Below, in pieces: positions 1 to 7,109 of a DNA stretch of 34,189 nucleotides. The notes under the pieces were generated by a model that saw only the letters and a list, made by a program, of their open reading frames with translations, did no database searches and was not told the DNA's origin. Source of the DNA: Sulfurimonadaceae bacterium (GTDB lineage Bacteria; Campylobacterota; Campylobacteria; Campylobacterales; Sulfurimonadaceae); contig CAXNED010000001.1 in the NCBI GenBank assembly GCA_964201385.1, forward strand, positions 1 to 34,189, given 5' to 3'. Within the stretch, counting starts at the first letter, position 1. Every line of letters starts with the position of its first letter. Both the position numbers and the translations under genes were made by a program.

Positions 1-1416
1 TGGGATGACCCACGCCTTCCTACTATTGCTGGGCTTAGAAGAAGAGGTTATACACCCGAATCCATTTTAAACTTTTGTGATCAAATCGGCATAGCAAAAG
101 CAAACTCCACTGTTGATGTCTCGCAACTTGAGTTTTGTATCAGAGATGATCTCAACACAAAAGTACCTCGTGTGATGAGTGTACTTGACCCTCTAAAAGT
201 AACCATAGAGAACTATGAGGGCAGTGAAGAGCTTGACGCCTCATACTATCCTGATGATATACCAAAAGAGGGGTCAAGAAAAATCCCTTTTTCTAAAGAG
301 ATATATATTGAGCGTGATGATTTTGATGAAAACCCTCTAAAAGGCTACTTCCGCCTCACACCAGAACAACCTGTGCGCCTCAAACATGCCTATATCATCA
401 CATGCAAAGAGGTTAAAAAGGATGAGAGCGGCAACATAACTGAGATAATAGCAGAGTACCATCCCAACTCTAAAAGCGGACAAGACACAAGCGGCATAAA
501 AGTCAAAAGTGCTATCCAATGGGTGGACGCTGCGTCCGCTAAAGAAGTGGAGGTAAGGCTCTATGAGAGGCTTTATTCTTGTGAAAACCCACAAAGCATA
601 GAAGATTTAAACCCTGACTCTTTAAAAATCATAAAAAACGCTCTTATTGAGCCTGCAGTTGTAACAGACAAACCTGATGTTAGATTTCAGTTTGAAAGAC
701 ATGGATATTTTTACGCTGATCCCATTGACTATACAGATGCAAAACCAGTTTTTAACAAAATTGTAGGTCTTAAAGAGTCTTGGGGTAAAAAAAACAACTT
801 AGAAAAAAGTAGTACAAGGACAGAGAGAGTAGAAGATAAAAAGGTTCAGATTAACGGTCAAACTGAAGCTATGAGTGAAGCAGAGCAGTCACTATTTAAC
901 AAATACACCAATGAGTTTGGGTTAAACAATATGCTTGCTGATATTTTAGCCAGAGATGAAAAACTCTCCTCTTTTTATGAAGATGCTCTCTCATTTCACA
1001 ACTCACCTGTTGCTATCGCTAACATCATAGCAAATGAAGTAGCAAGAGAGTTAAAAGAGAAACAAGCTAGTGAACTAAAATTTACTGCATCCCAAATAGC
1101 CAAACTTGTTAAAATGATTGATGATGAGACTATCTCAAACAAAATCGCTAAGTCAGTGTTTGAAGAGATGGCCATAAGCGGAGAAGACCCTATACAGATA
1201 GTTCAAGCTAAAGGACTTATTCAGATAAGTGACCCTGCCGTAATTGAGCCTATTATCGATGAGATAATTGCAAAAAATCCAGATAATGTTGTTAAGTTTA
1301 AAGCAGGAAACACCAATCTGCTTGGCTTTTTTGTGGGTCAAGTTTTAAAAGCTACAGGAGGCAAAGCAAATCCAAGTGTGGTAAATGAGCTCGTTGTACA
1401 GAAGCTAAATAAGTAG
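1..1416 (+). CDS. glnS: Glutamine--tRNA ligase with C-terminal GatB/YqeY domain (5'-truncated by window edge)
   Basis: Frame 1 is open from base 1 and reads WDDPRLPTIAGLRRRGYTPE, a GlnRS motif. Anticodon-binding motifs follow (YIERDDF, RLKHAYII, AIQWV, FQFERHGYF). The C-terminus GFFVGQVLKATGGKANP is typical of GatB/YqeY. Confidence 0.95.
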   Translation, partial: WDDPRLPTIAGLRRRGYTPESILNFCDQIGIAKANSTVDVSQLEFCIRDDLNTKVPRVMSVLDPLKVTIENYEGSEELDASYYPDDIPKEGSRKIPFSKEIYIERDDFDENPLKGYFRLTPEQPVRLKHAYIITCKEVKKDESGNITEIIAEYHPNSKSGQDTSGIKVKSAIQWVDAASAKEVEVRLYERLYSCENPQSIEDLNPDSLKIIKNALIEPAVVTDKPDVRFQFERHGYFYADPIDYTDAKPVFNKIVGLKESWGKKNNLEKSSTRTERVEDKKVQINGQTEAMSEAEQSLFNKYTNEFGLNNMLADILARDEKLSSFYEDALSFHNSPVAIANIIANEVARELKEKQASELKFTASQIAKLVKMIDDETISNKIAKSVFEEMAISGEDPIQIVQAKGLIQISDPAVIEPIIDEIIAKNPDNVVKFKAGNTNLLGFFVGQVLKATGGKANPSVVNELVVQKLNK

Positions 1417-1427
1417 AAGAGTAGGGA

Positions 1428-1468
1428 GTTGTTTTTATGCGCTTTTTTTAAAGGTGCGTAAAACTACT
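1428..1468. terminator. Hairpin between convergent glnS and tRNA-Glu, probable intrinsic terminator
   Basis: GTTGTTTTTATGCGCTTT...AAAGGTGCGTAAAACTAC is an imperfect inverted repeat (G-U pairs on the + transcript) just after the glnS stop. Confidence 0.5.
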
Positions 1469-1552
1469 AGCAAAGAGAGAAATTTAGACTGTCACATTTG
1501 ATTGTTGAATGGCGATTTAAAATATGTTGGATGGGATATAAAAGGTGAAAGT

Positions 1553-1627
1553 TGGTGACCCCGAGGAGAATCGAACTCCTGTAACCAGGATGAAAACCTG
1601 GGATCCTTACCGCTAGACGACGGGGCC
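1553..1627 (-). tRNA. tRNA-Glu (anticodon UUC)
   Basis: The reverse complement GGCCCCG TC GTCT AGCGGTAA GGAT C CCAGG TT TTC AT CCTGG TTAC AGGAG TTCGATT CTCCT CGGGGTC A CCA forms a full cloverleaf with encoded CCA. Confidence 0.97.
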
Positions 1628-1656
1628 ACTTTGTCAGTATTGATTACTGAGCCGAA

Positions 1657-1678
1657 ATTATATAGATTTATATCTTAA
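1657..1678 (-). promoter_or_regulatory. Sigma70-type promoter for tRNA-Glu
   Basis: Minus strand reads TTAAGATATAAATCTA-TATAAT: a perfect -10 hexamer (1657-1662) with an upstream TTAAG element typical of Campylobacterota housekeeping promoters. Confidence 0.6.
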
Positions 1679-1708
1679 TAATTTCTAAAACTCAGTAAAA
1701 ATTTTAAA

Positions 1709-2254
1709 TTATTCGTAAAAACTACGAAGTGCTCTGATGATAACAGCGTTTTTAGAGATACTCTCTGCCTTTGCGTTATCATTTACTTGCTCATACAAAT
1801 CCAATGGGAGAGAGATAGAGAATGTTTTTGTCTCAATCTTTTTCTTTTTAGCAACCATAGCAACAACGCTTGATAGCAACTCTATGATTTTTTTCGTATC
1901 AATTGGTTTTTGTATAAAACTATTGACACCAACTTCGATAGACTCAGATATCTTTTCAATATCATTGCTTGCAGAGATAACGATGATGATTTGAGTAGGG
2001 TTAATTTCACGAATTTTGCGTGAAAGCTCTATACCATCCATCTCTGCCATGATAATATCAACAAAAACAACATCAGGAGCCGACCTAAGGTAAGCCTCCA
2101 AAGCCTCTCTACCATTAAAACATGATTTAACATCAGAAAAAAAGTTTTTGAAAGTTGAGCTTAAAAGCTCATTTGCAACTTTCTCATCTTCAACAACCAT
2201 TGCTGTGAGCTTCTTTGTTTCCTGCGTAAGTTGTACTAAATCTACATTAGACAT
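1709..2254 (-). CDS. Response regulator: receiver domain fused to a C-terminal ribbon-helix-helix (CopG/Arc/MetJ-like) domain
   Basis: REC motifs VVEDE, PDVVFVDIIM (phospho-Asp), IIVIS and FIQKP. The C-terminus KTFSISLPLDLYEQVNDNAKAESISKNAVIIRALRSFY has an RHH pattern. Start chosen at ATG 2254 with SD AAGGA rather than the track's TTG at 2308. Confidence 0.85.
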   Translation of the reverse strand: MSNVDLVQLTQETKKLTAMVVEDEKVANELLSSTFKNFFSDVKSCFNGREALEAYLRSAPDVVFVDIIMAEMDGIELSRKIREINPTQIIIVISASNDIEKISESIEVGVNSFIQKPIDTKKIIELLSSVVAMVAKKKKIETKTFSISLPLDLYEQVNDNAKAESISKNAVIIRALRSFYE

Positions 2255-2344
2255 TTTAGAATCCTTTATTATACGTAATTTCAAATTATACAGACAATTC
2301 GGTAACAAATGAAACTGTTTTTGATTGATAGAAACTATAACTAT

Positions 2345-2551
2345 TTAATTATATTTTTTAAATGTCTCAAGCCAATTGAGATCTGGTTCTTTGGCGTCCT
2401 CTTTTTGATCCAATAACGAACCAATAATACGAAGCAGAGTTTCTTCATCCATAAATTTTAAAATATTAGGATTAATTGATGTTTTATGGACATCATCATA
2501 ACTGTTGAGCAAGTTTTGAATATCGTTTATAAGTTCTTCTTTTCTATCCAT
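2345..2551 (-). CDS. Small hypothetical protein (68 aa, acidic, probably helical)
   Basis: ATG-started ORF filling the gap between rnpB and the regulator, with protein-like composition and no competing feature. Confidence 0.65.
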   Translation of the reverse strand: MDRKEELINDIQNLLNSYDDVHKTSINPNILKFMDEETLLRIIGSLLDQKEDAKEPDLNWLETFKKYN

Positions 2552-2719
2552 AATCGTTTCACTCTTATCTTGTTTGGAATTTTAAAAAAATCATCCTATT
2601 TACATATTGGTTAACATAATGTAAATTCTCTTGAATGTAATTTTTACATATTGGGCATATTATATTAGATAGTATTTCATCTAAACATGCGTTTTTATAT
2701 CATTTGACTTCTTTTTAAA

Positions 2720-3078
2720 CAGGCACAACATAAGCCGAGTTTTGTATTGATAGCATTAATCTACTTTACTATTTGCATAGTAACTCTAGCGAAACAGTAG
2801 CATAAGCAAAGAAGCCGCATTACTGCCACTTTTTTACTCCCTAAGACGCTGACCATCTGTTTCTTGCTGCCATGTTGGGTTTACAAGCTCTCTATATTGC
2901 TATAAAGACTGGTGGTCTCTTACACCGCCCTTTCACCTTTACCACTATAAAGTGGCAGTCTACTCTCTGTTGCACTTTCCCTCGCATTGCTACGGCCATT
3001 CGTTAAATGGAACACTTTCTTAGAGCAGCTCGGACTTTCCTCTTGAAATAAATCAAGTTGCTATCTGTTGTACCTGCG
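2720..3078 (-). ncRNA. rnpB: RNase P RNA (bacterial)
   Basis: Minus strand carries the conserved GAGGAAAGTCCGAGC near the 5' end, an internal AGTGCAACAGAGAG, and ACAAAACTCGGCTTA near the 3' end. The terminal P1 helix CAGGTACAACA pairs with TGTTGTGCCTG. Length about 357 nt. Confidence 0.95.
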
Positions 3079-3120
3079 AAAGCTTACAAAAAAGTTCCTT
3101 TAAGTCAGTTTTTTTCACAA

Positions 3121-3263
3121 GTGAACAAATGTTCTTTTCTTTGAATTTATATATGAACATTTGTTCATTATGTCAAATAGAAGCATGAACAAATGTTCAT
3201 TTCAAATAAGAGTAGATTAACATTTGTTCATATATACTTCTATTTATATTAACAGATGTTCAT
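3121..3263. repeat. Array of five 16-bp palindromes (consensus ATGAACA-WW-TGTTCAT), probable TetR operators
   Basis: Copies: 3121 GTGAACAAATGTTCTT, 3153 ATGAACATTTGTTCAT, 3185 ATGAACAAATGTTCAT, 3216 ATTAACATTTGTTCAT, 3248 ATTAACAGATGTTCAT. Start-to-start spacing is 32, 32, 31, 32 bp. Confidence 0.9.
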
Positions 3264-3284
3264 AATAATAAAAAAGAGGTTTCC

Positions 3285-3902
3285 ATGTCGGAATTAGCGC
3301 ATATTCAGAAGAAAACAGGCACAAAACAAAAGATACTCAAAGCAGCGTCTACTCTCTTTTCAGAGTATGGTTTTAAAGCAACGAGTGTACGAAAAATAGC
3401 TTCAGAGGTGGGGATAAGAGAGAGCGCTTTGTATAACCATTTTAAAAATAAAGAGGAGATTTTCTTATCTGTTGCAAAAGAGATTTTTACAACGCCCTTC
3501 TCTCAAAACGAGGGTGACATCAAGGAGTCTGCACTTAAAGGAAAAGTTTTTTTACAGAAATTTACAATGCAATACAAGCTCCTCACATTTGATAAAAACA
3601 ACGAAAACATGTTTAGGCTACTCATGATAGAGCTTTTCCAAAACAAAGAGCTTAGAGAGCAGTTTATGAATGAATTTCACAATGAAAATATTAAAGTTCT
3701 CTCAGAAGCATTTTTTATAATGATGCAAAACTCTTTGATTCGCTCAGCAGACCCAATGATGGTCGCTTATGAGTTTTTATCCACCCTCTTCTATGTGAGG
3801 CTTCAAATTACGCTTTTAAGGTTTGATGGCAGCTCTACTACAAATCTGTCAACGCAATTTGAAAAGCATGTAGAGTTTTTTTGGGAAAGTATTAGAGTTT
3901 AA
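3285..3902 (+). CDS. TetR/AcrR family transcriptional regulator
   Basis: N-terminal HTH TKQKILKAASTLFSEYGFKATSVRKIASEVGIRESALYNHFKNKEEIF; 205 aa; SD GAGG upstream. Confidence 0.95.
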   Translation: MSELAHIQKKTGTKQKILKAASTLFSEYGFKATSVRKIASEVGIRESALYNHFKNKEEIFLSVAKEIFTTPFSQNEGDIKESALKGKVFLQKFTMQYKLLTFDKNNENMFRLLMIELFQNKELREQFMNEFHNENIKVLSEAFFIMMQNSLIRSADPMMVAYEFLSTLFYVRLQITLLRFDGSSTTNLSTQFEKHVEFFWESIRV

Positions 3903-3948
3903 TATTTCATAATATTATAAATATTATTTAATATTAAATTATCTATAT

Positions 3949-4014
3949 AAAAAAAGCAGCTTTTTTAGGGCTGCTAAAATATTCCTTTTTGCCTCTTAAA
4001 AAAGAGACAAAAGA
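3949..4014. terminator. Two hairpins between convergent tetR and oorC (likely terminators)
   Basis: AGCAGC-TTTTTTAGG-GCTGCT preceded by an A run (a U tail on the minus strand), and CTTTTTGCCTCTT-AA-AAAGAGACAAAAG. Confidence 0.6.
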
Positions 4015-4019
4015 TAAGA

Positions 4020-4577
4020 CTACTTACTTGTAGCCTCGTTTGCGTATTTTTCACCAAGATCATATGCTTTTTTATTTACATCATGAACTTTAGCAGGTAC
4101 TTTTGATAACATTGTCTCTATGAGAACTTCTCTATCAAGAGGTTTCATAATCGTGTTTGCAATAGCAAGTGCAACAACAGACTGAGTGATAACGTTACCA
4201 ACCTCCTCTTTTGCAATAGTAATAATTGGAATTTCAATTACATTCCACTTTTTTCTATCCTCGTCAGTAGGCTTTACAAGGTTAGGGTCAACAACTATAG
4301 TTCCGCCCTCTTGAACCCCTCTTTTAAACTGGTCGTAACTTACCTGTGCAACAGAGAGCATAAAGTTAATCTCGCCGTCATTTGCATACGGATAGTAAAT
4401 TTCATCATCATCCAAAGTGATGTCAACAACAGTTGGTCCACCACGAACTTGTGAAGTATAAGTAGCAGTTTTTAATCCGTTACCACCTGTTTTAATTTTT
4501 GCAGCTGCAAAAATCTCTCCTGCAAGAAGAACACCTTGTCCACCAACGCCCGTAAATCTCATTAATGTTCTAGCCAT
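4020..4577 (-). CDS. oorC: 2-oxoglutarate:acceptor oxidoreductase gamma subunit
   Basis: GVGGQGVLLAG and YTSQVRGG motifs; last gene of the four-gene oor operon. Confidence 0.93.
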   Translation of the reverse strand: MARTLMRFTGVGGQGVLLAGEIFAAAKIKTGGNGLKTATYTSQVRGGPTVVDITLDDDEIYYPYANDGEINFMLSVAQVSYDQFKRGVQEGGTIVVDPNLVKPTDEDRKKWNVIEIPIITIAKEEVGNVITQSVVALAIANTIMKPLDREVLIETMLSKVPAKVHDVNKKAYDLGEKYANEATSK

Positions 4578-4588
4578 TGTGCGCCTCC

Positions 4589-5446
4589 TTATATTTTTTT
4601 CTTAAAGTCATCTTGAGTAATCGTTTTTCTCTTACCTTGATGTACTTTAATGACTTCAGCATACATATCACAATACTCTGCTGCCTCTGTATCTTGCTTT
4701 AAGATACCAGTAGGAAATAGATTTAGCTGCTCTTCAGGAGCCAAAGTTTCATACTTTTTCTTAGAAACTGTGATGCTGTCTATCCAGTTTAAGTTTTCAA
4801 TCGCTGAGTTCATCTTGTTTTTTCTACCAAGGTTGATATGGCAGTTTGATAAAACTTCAAGAAGTGCAAAGCCTTTATGCTCAAGCGCTTTTACCATAGT
4901 TTTTTCTAATTTTTTAGGGTCATTTACCGTCTCTCTTGCTACAAATGAAGCTCCAGCAGCGATTGCTAAATCACAAGTGTTAAAAGTTGGGTCTATATTT
5001 CCTGCTTGTTGCGATACTGTCCACATACCTTGTGGAGTAGTAGGGCTTGTTTGAGAGTTTGTCAAACCATAAATAAAGTTGTTGATAATAATAAAAGTTA
5101 TATCTATGTTTCTTCTACATCCATGGATAGTGTGGTTACCACCGATTGCAAGTGCATCGCCGTCTCCTGCAACACAGATAACATGTTTTGTAGGATTTGC
5201 AAGTTTTACACCCGTTGCGAAAGCTATCGTTCTTCCGTGCGTAGTATGAACCGTATTAAAATCAACATACGATGAAAATCTTCCAGAACATCCAATACCA
5301 GAGACAACACAAACATCATCTTTGTTAATGCCAAGACTATCAACCGCCCTTACAAAAGCTTTTAGAATTACACCATCGCCACAACCCCAACACCATAGTG
5401 TCGGCATCTTCTCAAGTCTTAAATAGTTTTCATAATTAAATGCCAT
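4589..5446 (-). CDS. oorB: 2-oxoglutarate:acceptor oxidoreductase beta subunit (TPP-binding)
   Basis: WCWGCG, SGIGCS and the TPP motif GDGD...NN, followed by YGLTNSQTSPTTP. Confidence 0.95.
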   Translation of the reverse strand: MAFNYENYLRLEKMPTLWCWGCGDGVILKAFVRAVDSLGINKDDVCVVSGIGCSGRFSSYVDFNTVHTTHGRTIAFATGVKLANPTKHVICVAGDGDALAIGGNHTIHGCRRNIDITFIIINNFIYGLTNSQTSPTTPQGMWTVSQQAGNIDPTFNTCDLAIAAGASFVARETVNDPKKLEKTMVKALEHKGFALLEVLSNCHINLGRKNKMNSAIENLNWIDSITVSKKKYETLAPEEQLNLFPTGILKQDTEAAEYCDMYAEVIKVHQGKRKTITQDDFKKKI

Positions 5447-5447
5447 C

Positions 5448-6581
5448 TTAGAGCTCCTTCACTTTACTAACAATTTCATAAGGGGAAATCGGTCTTCCGT
5501 TTACTTTAAACAGTCCGTTAATATCAAGTCTTCCCGTTGCACGCTGTACTTCGTCTCTGTATTGACCGATGTTTAACTCAACACATAAAACTTTTGGAAT
5601 TCTTGCTGCAAGCTCTCTCATTCTGTCTTGTGGACTTGGCCAAAGTGTCATCGGTCTAAAGAGTCCAGCTTTAATGCCATCTGCTCTTAGGTGACGAATA
5701 GCCTCTTTTGCTGCAAGAGAAACTGAACCATACGCAACAATCATAATCTCTGCATCTTCTAAGAAAAATTCTTCATTTAACTCGATTTCATCTTTGTGTA
5801 GTTCAACTTTATCTTCCAATCTTTGGATAAGTTTTCTACAAGTCTCTATCTCTTCTGTCGGGAATCCTCTTCCATCATGATGAAGACCAGTGAAGTGATA
5901 TCTGTACCCTTGAAACATCGGGTTTAAAACTGCTGGCTGATCATGTTCACATCCATATGGCAGATACTCTGCAGCTGGACCATCAAATTTTTTTCTTGGA
6001 ACTATGCCAGCTGCAACATCCTCTTCTGTTGGAAGAATTGCTTTTCCATGCATGTGTCCTAAAGTTTCATCTAAAAGTACAAATACTGGTTGCATAAATC
6101 TATCTGCTAGGTTAAATGCTCTAACCGTTTCAGTATAGCACTCTGCCAATGTACCTGCACACAATGTGATTGATTTATAGTCACCATGTGAAGGGTTTTT
6201 TGCTTGAGCAACGTCTCCTTGAGAAACACGAGTTGGAAGACCAGTCGATGGACCACCACGCATAACGTTTACAACAACTAAGGGAACTTCAGTCATTTGA
6301 GCCAAACCAAGATTTTCAGCTTTTAGCGAAATACCAGGACCAGATGTAGCAGTCATGGTTCTTACACCGCTCATTCCAGCTCCGATTGCCGCTGCAACGC
6401 CTGCAATCTCATCTTCCATTTGGATACATGCTCCGCCAACCTCTGGCATCAAATCAGACATCTCATGCATGATTTCACTTGATGGAGTAATAGGATAACC
6501 TCCAAAAAATCTGCATCCCGCATCTTTTGCAGCTAGTGCAGACAATTCGTTTCCATTTGAAATAACTTCTCTAGTTGCCAT
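5448..6581 (-). CDS. oorA: 2-oxoglutarate:acceptor oxidoreductase alpha subunit
   Basis: GYPITPSSE, QMEDE, TATSGPG and RGGPSTGLPT motifs. Its start shares one base with the oorD stop. Confidence 0.95.
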   Translation of the reverse strand: MATREVISNGNELSALAAKDAGCRFFGGYPITPSSEIMHEMSDLMPEVGGACIQMEDEIAGVAAAIGAGMSGVRTMTATSGPGISLKAENLGLAQMTEVPLVVVNVMRGGPSTGLPTRVSQGDVAQAKNPSHGDYKSITLCAGTLAECYTETVRAFNLADRFMQPVFVLLDETLGHMHGKAILPTEEDVAAGIVPRKKFDGPAAEYLPYGCEHDQPAVLNPMFQGYRYHFTGLHHDGRGFPTEEIETCRKLIQRLEDKVELHKDEIELNEEFFLEDAEIMIVAYGSVSLAAKEAIRHLRADGIKAGLFRPMTLWPSPQDRMRELAARIPKVLCVELNIGQYRDEVQRATGRLDINGLFKVNGRPISPYEIVSKVKEL

Positions 6582-6916
6582 TATATAGCTCCTTTTTCGC
6601 TTAGTGATCTGTATTTGTTTGCAACAATAGCAATCTGACGAGTTTTTGACTCATCTGTAAGTTTTGCAAATTTAAATTCACTCTTTTCTGCCACAAAGAT
6701 AGCAAAGTCAGGACATGCCAATTCACACTCCATACAACCGATACATGCTTCTGGGTGCTGAATAGATATCATAGCGCCAAGAGTCGATGTAGGCTCATAC
6801 ACCATTCCAAGTACACCAGATGGACATACCGAAACACAGATATCACATGCTTTACAGTTGCTTGTGTTAACCCATACAGGCTGATTGCCTGGATTTTGAG
6901 TTCTAAACTTACTCAT
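6581..6916 (-). CDS. oorD: 2-oxoglutarate:acceptor oxidoreductase delta subunit (2x[4Fe-4S] ferredoxin-like)
   Basis: CKACDICVSVCP and CIGCMECELACP motifs; SD AGGAG. Confidence 0.93.
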   Translation of the reverse strand: MSKFRTQNPGNQPVWVNTSNCKACDICVSVCPSGVLGMVYEPTSTLGAMISIQHPEACIGCMECELACPDFAIFVAEKSEFKFAKLTDESKTRQIAIVANKYRSLSEKGAI

Positions 6917-7109
6917 TTATTCTCCTCTTTATTTTTTTAAAGTATCAAGCGTAAACTTGCATTATTTTAACGTTAATTTATCTCTCAACACTAATGTAAC
7001 TTTCATAGACAGATTAACCCACTTTTATTAATGCAACTCTGAAATGTGCTCGTAACGCCTCATTAAGAACGAAAGTGTTACTAAATGAAGCTCGCACAAG
7101 TTTAAAATG

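Noticed and set aside
787-794. A8 run at the GlnRS/YqeY junction as a phase-variation or frameshift site
   Set aside because: The frame is intact and A/T runs of 7-8 are common throughout this AT-rich window. Phase-variable tracts in this phylum are typically poly-G/C, and none was seen.
2255-2308. N-terminal extension of the response regulator from TTG 2308
   Set aside because: A TATAAT (2285-2290) and an AAGGA SD lie inside this stretch, pointing to ATG 2254 as the start.
3121-3263. CRISPR array interpretation of the periodic palindromes
   Set aside because: Repeats (16 bp) and spacers (15-16 bp) are too short, copies alternate in orientation, spacers are AT-rich and related to each other, no cas genes are present, and the position upstream of a TetR gene fits operators.
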